A stretch of DNA of 64,000 bases from Octopus vulgaris (GCA_951406725.2 OX597823.1:40424001-40488000); one strand, 5' to 3'. Shown: positions 28,020 to 42,389, numbered from the stretch's first letter. A program made the numbers and translations. Notes: generated from the letters alone by a model not told the origin.

Positions 28020-28233
28020 ACAATTTACGTTAGTTGAAATATGTTTGTCACATATTTCAACTACTAAAAGCAAATACAGTTATCGTGGAAAAAAAATTCT
28101 CTCCTATGGTAAGAAGGTGCGTTTTCACACCTTTTTTACCATAAAAGAAAACTTGTTCTCCACGGTGACTGCAGTATATTTGCTTTGAGTAGTTGAAATA
28201 TGTGACAAACATATTTCAACTAACGTAAATTGT
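28020..28233. repeat. ~214-bp palindromic element with nested hairpins
   Basis: ACAATTTACGTTAGTTGAAATATGTTTGTCACATATTTCAACTACT and its reverse complement form the ends; the centre is also imperfectly self-complementary. Confidence 0.85.
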
Positions 28234-28249
28234 AATATATATATATAAA

Positions 28250-28600
28250 GGAGTGAGTGAAGAGCCGAACGGAATAAACACTCATGGAGATGTATCTATT
28301 AATTTATGGACACTACCTCCTCGTGTTATTTAAAGTTTCGTGGACGGGGAAATATATCATGGCCAGCTCGTCGGACATATGAAGACGTAGATAAATGAGG
28401 ACATACGTAAAAAAAAGAGGTACGTGAGTGTATACGGAGACAAGAAGTGTGTAGTTTAGTAGCCGTGGAGAGCGGATTATGCAACGCCTCCAACTCAAAC
28501 AGAGAAGATATGAAACTGATCTATCTTTCTTTTATTTAGTAATGTCAGCGTTACTCTGAAGAATGTTTAACTCTGAAACGTCGGGTGCTCACTCTCTATT
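28250..28600. mobile_element. Penelope pLTR-like remnant with divergent hammerhead-like motifs (about 28325-28378 minus, 28552-28586 plus)
   Basis: Minus TGT-CCGACGA..cac-GAAA-CTTTAAA-TA-ACA; plus CTGAAGA..GAAACGTC with weak stems. Confidence 0.5.
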
Positions 28601-28768
28601 GAAAGTTCATTTGACTATTTTTGATTTATTTCGAAATAATACAAGCCTTGCTGAGGCCGATCATTGCCTAAATCCTTGAATTATGTTTTATCTGAAATAA
28701 ATCCATCCATTCAGTCTTCCATCCATCCATCCATCCATCCATCCATCCATCCATCCATCCATCCATCA

Positions 28769-28800
<32 letters not shown>

Positions 28801-29315
28801 GTCCGTCCATCCATCCATCCATCCATCTATATACATACATATATACATATATATAGACATATATATATTATATAAAAAAAAAAACCCTACCACTTCACAT
28901 CGACTTGGCTTAACAGCCCTCACCGTTTGTTTTTACAGTTTTGACCTCACTCTCATGTTTATGTTACCACTTTCACCCCCCGCAAAAAAATCCCAAATTT
29001 TATTTAATTTGCTTTGCGGGAAGGACTGTTTTAACGAAGTCGCGTCTTGTCCCTAACTTCAAAACGCAGAGTGGATATAACAGCAAACAACTGATGAAAG
29101 GAACGTTTTTTATGTTGCCTGTCTCGTTTTTCTGTTTGTTTCTTTCGTTGTTCGAAAAAAAGTTCGTTTTCTATGCTTTTGTTTTGTTTTTATGTTCTCG
29201 TTTCTCATTGTGTCTACGTTTTCTTTTCACGTCCTGTACCCATATATGCATGTATATATAAATATATATGTAGGTATGTACATATATGTATATATATATG
29301 CATATATTTTATATA

Positions 29316-29392
<77 letters not shown>

Positions 29393-30101
29393 CACATATG
29401 TATATATGTATGTATTTAAAACAGTCTTCTATGCATCATATATAATATATACACACTGTCGATATGTCCGTGTCCTCCTGATATTTATTGTGTTTCTAAC
29501 AAAGCATGTCCATAAGAGTTGTTACCTCAGAACAAATACTGCAGTAATATATCGGCAGTATATATACATGAACTATACTACATAGCCCGCTACATATATG
29601 TACACACACAGACACACATACACACAGAGACACCCCACACACACGCATGCACACACTCTCACACACACACACACATGTAGTATTATCAAACAGACCTATC
29701 AAAAGTGTATATTCGCTAAGACTATTTTTAGTTTCCACATCAAACTTAGTAAGTTTGACCCTGAGGTTTTCTGGTGTAAAAGAATAGTAACGAAAACTTC
29801 GTTAAATTGCGTTCTCCAAGAATAATAATGGCGATTTCCACTAACAGGCTGGAATCACAATGGTTCTAAGTCTATGACAAGTCATTGCAAATGGGCAAAT
29901 TCATAATAAAAACGACAATAAGTGTTATAAAATTGCATTTATAATACAGAAATGCATTAGTTCATCAGACAATATTTACGAAACGTATACGGCGTAACTT
30001 AAAACGATTCCGTAATATAACCACGAATCACACACGCACACACATGATTTATATATATATATTTATATATACATATATATACATATATATATATATATTG
30101 T

Positions 30102-30140
<39 letters not shown>

Positions 30141-30366
30141 CATACATAAATACATACACACATACATGCATACATATATATATATATATATATATAAATA
30201 TATATATACATATACGTGTGTGCGTGTGTGTGGAAATATGAATATATATCTATATCTATAAGTATGTATGTATCTATCTATATGTATGCATAATGTACTG
30301 ATCCGTTCTACTAAATGATATGTGTGCATATGTGTGTGCGTGTATGAATGTATGCATATCTCATGT

Positions 30367-30400
<34 letters not shown>

Positions 30401-30728
30401 GCGTGCTTATATTACACACTACACACGCACATATCTAAATATACTTACGTACTCATAAGTATATAAGCGACACTATGTTTACACAGATAAACGTATATAA
30501 GTGATAGTGTATGTGTGTGTAATATATATATGCATTATATAAATGTGAAAATAAGGTTATTATTTTAAAGCAAGCTTAATAATAACGGAACATTTACTGA
30601 TGAATGAACTGAGAGAAGAATCAAATTTACACACACACGTGCGCACACATGCACGCACTCACACACGTACGCTCGCGCACATACATACACAATACATACA
30701 TAGGCCACATACACATACTTATGTGCGC

Positions 30729-30787
<59 letters not shown>

Positions 30788-30882
30788 GTAAATGTTGAAC
30801 AATGAGAATGAGTGCTCAACACCGTATTGGTGGATAACGATTGATTAAGCCTTAATACACAAATATGTATATATACATATAT

Positions 30883-31293
30883 ACTCTTACTCTTTTACTT
30901 GTTTCAGTCATTTGACTGCCACCATGCTGGAGCACCGCCTTTAGTCGAGCAAATCGACCCCGGGACTTATACTTTGTAAGCCCAGTACTTATTCTATCGG
31001 TCTCTTTTGCCGAACCGCTAAGTTACGGGGACATAAACACACCAGCATCGGTTGTCAAGCAATGCTAGGGAGACAAACACAGACACACAAATACACACAC
31101 ACACACACATACATATATATATATACATATATACGACAGGCTTCTTTCAGTTTCCGTCTACCAAATCTACTCACAAGGCATTGGTCAGCCCGGGGCTATA
31201 GCAGAAGACACTTGCGCAAGATGCCACGCAGTGAGACTGAACCCGGAACCATGTAGTTGGTTAGCAAGCTACTTACCACACAGCCACTCCTGC
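30883..31293 (-). mobile_element. SINE family B, full length
   Basis: Same structure as 2143-2529. Confidence 0.9.
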
Positions 31294-31364
31294 ACGCACG
31301 CAATATGCAGAATACTGAGAAGCAAGCAATAACCCACCGCCACTACCACCAACATTCGCACCAG

Positions 31365-31600
31365 GCGAGGGTCTACATTGGCAGCCCTCTCGATTTCATG
31401 GTCCGCTACCGGGATCACATGAATTCCTTTTCAGATAAAGTCTCTAAATTTTCGAAATTCTCGACCCCGTCCCTAACTACATACATACACCACTTTAAGT
31501 CCAAAAATATTCCTTACATCTTACGCTGGTTCGTTGTGAGGCTCCTCCGTAAAATACTAACCATCATGTTCATGTTGCCGGGAATCGCACTCTACCGTTC
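31365..31600 (+). pseudogene. Degraded Penelope-like GIY-YIG fragment
   Basis: VYIG..F.VRY.DH..SF..ST..L..YI..KSKNI.Y..RW parallels the 21.9-22.3 kb domain. Confidence 0.7.
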
Positions 31601-33727
31601 GTCATCATAACGTTTCGTTACTGAACAGAGCCTCTGACGTAATCATGTAAAATAAGCACTAATTCTATTCTTTTGCCCTTTGCGTAAAGCCGTTATGATC
31701 TCTCCTTATTATGGTTTAGCTCCTACTAATTACTTAGCTACATGCTAGTGGCATGTTCCTGCTCTTTCTCTTTCTCTATTCTCCTTGTACCTTTCTTGTT
31801 TAGATAGATTGATAGATGAACATATAGATACATAAATAAATGCAAACGTACATATATTCGCGTGTATGTTCTTCATTCAGAACACTGTGCTGTAGGTTAC
31901 AGTTTTGAAACCAGGTTTCAGAAATTCTGTACTGAGTCAAATCTTTTAAGGACATAGTAATAGGTTATGTACTAAATTTTTATTTATACTTCAATAAATT
32001 TACAGTATACAGTTGCACTTTAATTTTGTGATTGTTATACTCTGTAGAAAAAGAATTTCAGCTAAATCAGTCTTTTTTTTTATTTTCTGCAACCAGAATG
32101 TGTCTACGGATGTACGTGTTGTTAGAAACGATACTCTATTATCTTCTTAATTTTGTGCTATATTAACATTTGAATTTCTAAAGGTAAGAACCTGACTGAA
32201 CATTTTAATAAATCAAAAAAGAAGTAAACTTGAGCCAAACTAGCTCATTTGTTTGTCGGGCTCTATGTAAATATTAAAAATTGTTCTGAAAAGGGAATTT
32301 TCTATGAACGAAAATTAATTTGTTTTAGGCGTGCTTAAAAATAATTCACTGCCTTTATTGATCGTGGACGAGATGGCTTTGAGTTTTCCTTTTCGTTGTT
32401 AACATTCTGATTGCAAATCTGTCCAGAACAGTATCTGCTGCTATTTATTTCTTAAATCAGTGTCAGACAAGTTGTACCTAAATATGTGAAATCCCTCTTT
32501 TCTTTGCTGTAACATCGGTCCATTAGTGTATAATTATTGATTTATCTTTATTCTTTTACTATGCATACGGGCGTATCGTGCGAGGAAAGACATTTTGTAA
32601 ATTAACTCGGCTTTTCTTCTTACGATTCTCTGAAAAGTAATAGATATGTGAGGCTTCCCTTTTCTTTGCACGGCTCTTTGCATATCTATTGAACTGTTCA
32701 AAGACTTTTGAGCTGCAAAGTTTGGAAAGTAGGAGACAGACAAGATTGTCCTCCATATCGTGATCTATTTCTCCATATCCATGGGTAGTTGGTCTAGTTT
32801 TGTAACCCCATCTAACCAAAGCAACTTTTGACAGTTCTCATTATCAGATGGTTGAGTATCTCCCATTAAATTCATTGTGCTTCGAAGCCAGGATGGAAGT
32901 CTTTAGCTGGTGTGGTGGATTGCCATCACAATCGGAGAAGGATCGTTCTCAAGCTTTTCCATCAATAGGTGGTCTCTGGTCTCTTTCCGAGATGTTAAAA
33001 AGGCTGAACATGGCTAGACTGCATCAAGTGGTACAAAACAGCTTATAGTAAAAATATATGTATTTAAAGATTGAACTTCTTCCTTGAATGACCTGAAGAC
33101 AAATACCGTTTCACGCCGTATTTATTCCCTCCCTCTTGGCACTTGCAGATATGTGCTTTACTTTTTATCTCTTCGTTGTAGAAAATAATACACTAATAGG
33201 TGGTGAATTGACGGGATTTTAAATGAATTGGACAGTGATGATTTTCAGTAACTGTCCCGGCTCTTGGCCTTTTGAGCTCTCGTAGGCTAGGTTTAATTCA
33301 TGGTCAGGTGTAACATTGTCACCTTGGTCCTTGGGTGCCTTTAGAGTCTAACTAGTTGGAAATATTCGAGCCTGGTCTCACACATGTGAGTAACATCTCT
33401 TCCACCTACCAGTCTCACAGACCTTGGAAATTTAAGTGTCATAGCTCCGTTCATCTCTCCCTTTAGTGGTACTGGGTTGTACAATGGTTAAGAATTTTAT
33501 TTTTAATATTGAGTTACTTGATATATTAACATTTTAATTCTTAATGGTAAACATCACTGAATGTCACAAACTGAAGCAAATTAGAACCAATCTAAAGACA
33601 ATCCTTATGCATACACACACACAATTTGCACGCGCGCATATATGCATATATACCTGTTCGTTATATTTACACATCTGTATGTATATATGTATGTACATAT
33701 ATATATCTATAACTATCTATCTCTGTC

Positions 33728-33808
<81 letters not shown>

Positions 33809-34639
33809 GTATATTCATATTCATTGTAGTTACATGCCCAAAAGGCAAATTAACAGCTTTATTCGTCTGCAGATAATAAGTCTTATCGACACATAATGTT
33901 CAAAAACATCTCATGGTGGCGGCGAGATGTGCATTTCTGCCTCATTGGGTTTTGTCAGCCAAATATGTAGACGAAATCCATCCCGCCTGATATAGAAAAA
34001 CAGTGACCGAAAAATGATTGATGTTAAAGTTAGCCGGCAACAAAAGCAGTATAAGAATAAGATAGCCATCTGTGTATCACACCTAAAGCAAATACATCAC
34101 TTGAAATGCAAATATACTACGGCATTCGTTCGGAGATGATATCTGTACTTTTAAGTACAGTACGTCACTAAGAGATATTTATATCATGCCCAGAGATAAT
34201 ATAAATGTAGATAAAATGGCCTGAATGATGAATATAAACCGATTCAAAGGCTGCACTCTCTGTTTACTAATCTTTCATGCTAGTCGCATAGCCCTTTATT
34301 CCTTTTGATAATTTCAATCAACTCTGTACTTACTGGTCCTTCTTATAATAACGAAACCTGTACTTAAGAAAATTTATTGTTCGATATCATGGTGAAGTTT
34401 GCGGTAAGAACTATAACCAGCTTAACGCCTTTGATCTTTGAATGTGTAAAAAGTAAAATAAATAAATAAATAAATAAATAAATAGCACTAAACCGGTGCT
34501 GGTTCGAATCAAACGGCTATATTTTGAAAAAAAAAATAAGAAAAGTCTTATAATCAGTTGGCAAAATATTTTGTTTTCGGGAACGAGTTTAGTACTTAAG
34601 ATATAGGCAATTCATATTATTCAGTTTAGTGTGTAAATG

Positions 34640-34701
<62 letters not shown>

Positions 34702-35579
34702 GTAGTAGTAGTAGTAGTAGTAGCAGCAGCAGCAACAGTAGTATGAATCATTGTAAAATCTGCATGACTACTCTTTTCTCCATAAAAATGCTAACGCCGA
34801 AACAGTGAGCCGTTTTCTTCTCACGATAATTCAGACCATCATCACGATAACACAGACCATCAACAGTTTTCTCCGATACTGACATTTCTCCTTTATTCAG
34901 ATTCTGTTAAAATATTTTCGCTTCATCAGTTCCATTCAAGTTTTCCAGATAAGCGTAAGACCTTCCTACTTCCCGCCCCTACAAACCCAAGGCTTTGTAC
35001 CCATCCTGTAACAAATCATTGTGTTATTCGGTACCTCACGTTTATATGTCCAAATAATTTCGCTCTCAACTTTTGCAATATTTTTGAGTAACCATCAACT
35101 GAATACCAGTAATATACTGGTATCCAGTTAAGCCATAGTACTACATTTTTTCTTTAATAAAGAAGACCCTGTGCGTAATTCATTATTCATTATTACGATG
35201 TATACATTATCTCTGAATACGCTTGTGTAAGAATTAAAAGCATCCGACGAAAGGATATGGAAAAAATATCTATTTCAGATATTGCATAAATATTCTGCTA
35301 CTTTTAGCACGTGTGCAGACGAAACCGGAAGTCAAATCGGAAGTTGGTACAAACCGGATATTTGACTCATTGATTGAATTTGCTGTTGAAAATTCAGATT
35401 ATTATTATGATTAATCTGATAGTAAAGTTGATACAAAAGCAATAGAACTAAAATAAATGAAATATGTTCTCTCATTCCTTGTTATACTAACTTTCCTCGG
35501 CTCAAATATTGTTCAGTCCACCACTGCCAATTCCTCACTTGCAATGGTACTGTGGTTATTGCAATCAAATAAACCACTT

Positions 35580-35990
35580 CCTTATACTAAAGATTTGCTG
35601 CTTCTGCAAACAGAATAACTATTTCGAACATCAAAGTGGCAGATAGTTCTCATAGATTTGCATGATTTCAATTATTTCCAGTTTTTATCGCCGCAGGCCC
35701 ACAAACATGTTATCTGCCCTCTCTATATTTTCTATCGGTACAATAATGACCTCTGTTCCTCAGAACATATCCTTACACTCAGGTCTCATATCCCTACGTT
35801 CAGGAGCCCTAGACCACTTATCTCTCTTATCTTCCGTGTTGTGTCCAACTCACCCCTTCACCACAGACTAACTACTATGCTCAGATCTTCAGTCCCCTAG
35901 AACATCAGTCCCCTAGAATCTTCTCCCTGCCCATAGCTTTCCAGTAGGTGCTGACCTACTGCAGTTCAAACGGAATCTTAACGATTAAAT
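35580..35990 (+). mobile_element. Degraded CR1/Jockey-group LINE 3' end
   Basis: Remnants FYRY..CSSE, RT.YY..F.PRT..NLLP..FP..FK across frameshifts. Confidence 0.55.
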
Positions 35991-36890
35991 GTATCAATCC
36001 CATCAGCAGAGATTCTATGTCGTTAGTAAATAAAGAAAGGAACTACAGCGATCATATCCATTTTTCAAGATCCCTATTACCAATGGAATGAAGACAAGAA
36101 GTAGTATTCAGACAAATATCCTGACTAGTATTCATGCAAAAGAAGCAACTTCGCCACAGGCCTCTAGTTTCGAAGTAATTGAATTAAATCGAGATGCATA
36201 TCATGTCCAATACATTGATAATATCACTGGGAAGGGTATGAACGTTACAATTCCTCATTATCCTTAAATTTTCTCAGTATCATGCTCGTATAAGAAGTCA
36301 TTATTAGGATTATTATCACAATATATTGACGAACTAGAAAATTCTGTAGCGTTTCGGAGAAAGTGCTAAATGGTTTTTCTTCCGGCTCTTACGATGTGTT
36401 CAAATTTTGCCGAGGTCGACTACGCTTTCCATCCTTTAGAGATTGATAAAATAAATATAATTAAGCACTGGGGCAATATAGTCGACTATGACCTTGCCCT
36501 AAAGTTGCTTGCATTTGTGAACCCTAAAACAAAACAATATCCGTTCCATTACAAAAAGAATGTCTTGACATGAATTTGACACATCTTTTTACACTTTTAC
36601 TCCCATGCTTAACTGGACCTTACACAGTAACAAAATTCCTATAACAAACCAAAGTAAGTTTCCTCGCCATAACTAATTCGTATCAGGAAAAAGATAATTA
36701 TAACTTTAAAGTTTCAGTTTGCTAACAGCCATCAGATTGCTCGTTGAGGGCAAGTAAACGACACTTCAAAGTCACTGTCAACCTTGCGCTATTATTAATA
36801 AATGTGTAGTCTGCAAAAAATTATTGAGAAATCCTTCAGTTTAATATTAAATTGTGAATTTGATTCTTCACATGAAAGCAAACACACACA

Positions 36891-36936
<46 letters not shown>

Positions 36937-37213
36937 CACACACACATATACACAGACACACACACACACAAACGCACACGCACGCACACGTACACACACT
37001 CACACTCGCACACATTTAATAGTAGTTTCACTTAGTACTTGCATTCTGCTTCTATCATTTGATGAAATGAGCTCGTCCGACGTACACACGAAGCTGTTAG
37101 TCATAAAACATAAGTCAAACTACTATGAAAAATATATGTAACTCCTACCAAATATGTTGAGTGCTACTCTCTTTTGTTCACGACATGTATGCATGTGTGT
37201 TTGTATATATAAG

Positions 37214-37272
<59 letters not shown>

Positions 37273-37432
37273 TGCAGGGTGTGATGAATTCAAAAAGAAG
37301 CCATGTCTGTTCACTTAGGATAAAGAGCTCAAAGATAAGACAGAGTGAATAAAACATTTAATCCATAATTCTTAGCCAGACAGAATGTATTTTGAGGAGC
37401 TACAATTATGGTTTAAATATTTCATATATTTA

Positions 37433-37483
<51 letters not shown>

Positions 37484-37507
37484 ACATACATACATACACA
37501 AACGTAT

Positions 37508-37562
<55 letters not shown>

Positions 37563-38180
37563 GATGTGTGTAAGGGGTGTATACATACATACACACGCAC
37601 AAACACACATTATATTATATTACACACGCGCGCACACATATTGTGTTTGATAATTTTGTCAGATTTTTCGTCGATGAATAAATATTGCTTTAGTCAAAGG
37701 CCATACATCGAGGCAGAGTCGAATTAGTGTCATGGACTCTTGCTGTCTTTGACTCCCCAAAATAGCATTTTATTTTGTTTTTCTTTCTTCTTCTTCATGT
37801 TTTTATTACTCTCATCATTGATATTTTCCTTGTTATTCTTGTTGTCGTTGTTTTTGTTGCTATTCTCATTATGTTATTATTGTTTCTCCTTTTATCATTT
37901 TATTTGTTTTCTTACTGTTGACGTTGTTACTTCTCTAATATGTGTTGCTGTTGCGTGGCTACTGATAGTTAGTGACGATCTGAAGCTAAATTTAGGACTC
38001 GAATCGTCTTTTACTGTTGAAATTACCGCTAAAAATAACTGCATCGAGAGAAAGATATTTAAACGTCACCGAGTGACGTCATAGAACTTATCGCTTCATT
38101 TCTCTTTTATTACTATGTACTGACAGAACAGTTGTAGGCAAATATGCATGCATGCATGTATGTATATATGTATGTATGTA

Positions 38181-38216
<36 letters not shown>

Positions 38217-38691
38217 TGCATTTATGTATGTATGTATGGTTGTATGTATATTTGTGCATAAATATATATGAATGTATGTATGTACGTATGAATTTACGTA
38301 TCTATTAATGTACGTACACATGTATACTGGTCCTTATGCAAGTGTGCATGTATGCTGTTTTGTATGTATGTATGTATGTATGTATATATGTATGTATGTG
38401 TGTGTATGCATATATGTATATACGTCCCTATGTGTAAAACATTTGAGTATGTTTCATCGTCGAAACGGGCAGATTTATGAAACACATAGTGAATATGCAT
38501 ACACAAACAGAAATACACACAGACATACACACAGACATACACACAGACACACCGATACATATACACACACACACACACACATACGTATATACAAATACAC
38601 ACGCAGGTATGCATTATATTTAAGTATGTACGCATACATGAGTGTTTATATACGCATCTGTCACTGAATAGTAAATAACAGAAATAGTCAG

Positions 38692-38745
<54 letters not shown>

Positions 38746-38813
38746 ATAATAATAATAATAATAATAATGATGATGATAACAACAACAACAACAACAACAA
38801 TAATAATAATAAT

Positions 38814-39258
38814 GCCCTGATGCAGTACCAGGCAGTGGCTTTCATGGCTTCTCATCCTAACTGATTGGAAGTGTTATCAAGTACATTGTTTTGTCTTGGT
38901 ATAAAAGATGGGCTACAACAAATATTCTGCGCAATAGCACAGATTTGCTTGTCAGTTGTTTGACCTTTAGCAGTTGAGCATATCTCTTAGTAGCTGACAA
39001 TATGTGCATCTCTGATCACGAGCAGAAGTGGTGGGGGAGCATCAAAGCCATGTGTTGAAAGGAATTCTTTAGGGTTTGGATAATTCACCTCTGAAAACAT
39101 GGGTGTTTGTCTTGATACGAGATCACTATTTCGCTCACATATGATTATGATGTATGTGCTTGGTGTACTCTTATCAGACGACTAGTCATAATGGGGATAC
39201 TGGGCTTTGTATATGTCACCCCTCTGTCACTTTCATGGCATACACTGCTCTTTCACAC
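38814..39258 (+). mobile_element. Element D, older internally deleted copy
   Basis: Same 5' start GCCCTGATGCAGTACCAGG after (TAA)n; about 110 bp deleted relative to 59262-59815. Confidence 0.85.
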
Positions 39259-39260
39259 AA

Positions 39261-39292
<32 letters not shown>

Positions 39293-39309
39293 ATAATAAT
39301 AATAATAAA

Positions 39310-39562
39310 ATTTGCTTGTCAGTTGTTTGACCATTTGCTTGTCAGTTGTTTGACCATTTGCTTGTCAGTTGTTTGATAAATTTGCTTGTCAGTTGTTTGA
39401 CCATTTGCTTGTCAGTTGTTTGAAATTTGCTTGTCAGTTGTTTGACCATTTGCTTGTCAGTTGTTTGATAAATTTGCTTATCAGTTGTTTGACCATTTGC
39501 TTGTCAGTTGTTTGAAATTTGCTTGTCAGTTGTTTGACCATTTGCTTGTCAGTTGTTTGACC
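39310..39562 (+). repeat. 11 tandem copies of ATTTGCTTGTCAGTTGTTTGA(CC), derived from an internal segment of element D
   Basis: Counted directly; the 11th copy continues into D sequence. Confidence 0.95.
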
Positions 39563-40193
39563 TTAACCAGTTGAGCATGTCCCTTAGTGGCTGACGATAT
39601 GTGCATCTCTGATCACGAGCAGAAGTAGTGGGGGAGCATCATAGCCATGTGTTGAGAAGGATTCTTCTCATGGCTTCTGATCTTAACTGATTGGAAGTGT
39701 TATCATGTACATTGTTTTGTCTTGGTATAAAAGATGGGCTACAGCAAATATTCTGCTCAATACCACAGATTTGCTTGTCAGTTGTTTGACCTTAACCAGT
39801 TGAGCATGTCCCTTAGTGGCTGACGATATGTGCATCTCTGATCACGAGCAGAAGTAGTGGGGGAGCATCATAGCCATGTGTTGAGAAGGATTCTTTGGGG
39901 TTTGAATAATTCACCTCTGGAAACATGGGTGTTTCGTTCAACGTCCTTAAACAACCCTTATTCAGGGACCTTTTGAGCGGGATGGGTTACTCGATCTGAA
40001 GAAAATTCTAACTGGGCTCCACCTGCAAGGTCATGTGCTGTTTATCTTGATATGAGGTCACCAACTCGCGCACATATGGTTGTGATGCATGTGCCTGGTG
40101 TACCTTTATCAGACGGGTAGTCATGATGGGTATATTGGGCTTCGTATATTTTACCCCAGTGTCACTTTGATGGCATGCTCTGCTCGCTCACTC
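39540..40193 (+). mobile_element. Element D, rearranged copy (duplicated internal segment plus near-full body)
   Basis: Internal D segment at 39540-39665, then a restart at TCTCATGGCTTC running to CTCACTC|AATAAT. Confidence 0.9.
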
Positions 40194-40236
<43 letters not shown>

Positions 40237-40560
40237 TACTAGCAGAGCCAGAGACAATGCCTGAATGGCTCACGAAGGGGAAAACCATCTTAATTCCCAA
40301 ATCAAATGAGACAGCAAAACCAGAAAACTACAGACCAATAACGTGTCTCCCTACAATGTACAAGGCATTTACTGCAGTGATATCGCAAAGGTTGAACAAG
40401 CACCTGGACGAAAACAACCTGTTTCCAGAAGAGCAGAAAGGATGCCGCAAAGGCTCATATGGCTGTAAAGATCAACTAATGATTAATAAAGCCATAACTG
40501 AAGACAGCCACAGAAAGAAGAAAGGCCTCAGTATGGCCTGGATCGACTACAAAAAGGCGT

Positions 40561-41829
40561 TTGATCCTCGAAACACTAGCCGTTAACAAAGTAGCACCAA
40601 CAATTATAAAATTCATAGAGCACTCTATGAATAAATGGCAAACAGTGCTACAGCTCCAAACAAAAAAGGGACTCATGAAAACCAAAGCCATCCCCATTAG
40701 AAGAGGAATATTTCAGGGAGACACGCTCTCTCCACTCCTTTTCTGCTTGACACTGTCACCGCTATCTGATATGCTAAATAGAACTGGATGTGGTTATAAA
40801 TGTTACGGCAAAACGATCAGCCACCTTTTATATATGGATGACCTAAAACTATACGCTGCAAATGACAAACAGCTGGAAACACTATTAAAGACAGTTCATG
40901 GATTTACCAAAGAAATAGATATGAAATTTGGATTAGAAAAATGCGCCAAAGTAACCATGAAAAGAGGAAAACTAGTTAAGAGTAGCAACATCACACTAGA
41001 TAAAACCAATGAAATAAAAGAATTAGACCAAAGCCAAACTTACAAATACTTAGGAATCCATGAACTAGATAAGACACAACACACACAAATGAAAGAGAAA
41101 ATAAAAAAAGAATATTATAGACGAGTTAGATCAATACTAAAAACAGAGCTCAATGCTAAAAACAAGATAATAGGTATTAACACTTTAGCTGTCCCAGTTA
41201 TAAGTTACAGCTACAATATCCTTAACTGGACACTAAATGAACTGACCAAAATAGATAGGAAAACAAGAAACATAATGACAGGATCTAGGATGCATCACCC
41301 AAAATCTGACATAGAAAGACTATATATACAACGTATAGAAGGTAGTAGAGGCCTTATACAGCTGGAAAACAACTATAAAATAACCACCATAGGACTGCAA
41401 AAATATCTACTTCAGAAGGAAGGAAAACTGATACAAATAGCGGCAAAACACGAGCAAAACAAAAAACTGTTCTCAGTATTTAAGGAAGCTGACAAATACA
41501 AACAAGAAATCATACCACCTAATAAATATGAAGAAGAAGAAGAAGAAGAAGATGAAGAAACAACAAAAGCTATAAAACAAATGAAATCCAAACTAAAAAT
41601 AGAACAGCAACGAACCATGATAAAACGATGGCAAGAAAAGCCTCTTCATGGTAAATACTGGACTAAACTAAACGCAAAAGAAATAGACAAAGAAAAATCC
41701 CAGCAATGGTTGAGAAGCTCAGGACTCAAAGCAGAGACAGAGGGATTTTTAATTGCAGCACGAGACCAAAGCCTCCCCACCAGAAATTACCAAAAACATG
41801 TAATGAAAAAAAAAGTAACTGCAGAATAA
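40561..41829 (+). pseudogene. Reverse transcriptase core segment of the frameshifted Dong-like ORF
   Basis: QGD-LSP and YMDD motifs; the expected SVPHSW-like segment is deleted just upstream. Confidence 0.9.
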
Positions 41830-42389
41830 GTGGAGATGGACAAGAAACGATAAATCATATTATCTCTGGCTGCCCAGTCCTGGCTAAGAATGAATATATT
41901 CACAGACATGACAGAGTTGGAACCTACATACACTGGAAGCTATGTCAACATTATGGAATAACAACAGAAAAAAGATGGTATAGGCACACACCAGAAAAGG
42001 TCACAGAAAACGAGAAAGCAACCATACTCTGGGATATGCCGATACACACAGATAGAGAAATTAAGGCCAACAGACCAGATATAGTTGTCAGAGATCATGA
42101 AGAAAAAAAATGCTTTCTAATTGATGTATCAATACCGGCAGATGACAACGTGTCTCTAAAAGAAATGGAGAAACTTTCAAAATACAAAGACCTAGAAATA
42201 GAGGTAATCAGAATGTGGAATCTAAAAACAGAAACAATTCCTATCATAGTACGTGCATTAGGCATGATAAAAAAATATTCAGACAAATACATAACAAAAA
42301 CACCAGGACTTACAAACACATATAACTTACAGAAAATTGCACTACTAGGCACTGCACACATCCTACGCAGAACACTTTCCATACAGTAA
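41815..42389 (+). pseudogene. Zinc knuckle and PD-(D/E)xK endonuclease segment of the same ORF
   Basis: CRIS..ETINHIISGC (second Cys replaced by Ser), HRHD, RPD, KY. Confidence 0.9.

Noticed and set aside
39310-39562. CRISPR-like appearance of the 23-bp repeats
   Set aside because: No unique spacers, no cas genes, eukaryotic context; the unit derives from element D
40089-40234. N-terminal extension of the Dong ORF (MCLVY..poly-N)
   Set aside because: Chance in-frame fusion of the D 3' end and (AAT)n to a 5'-truncated LINE
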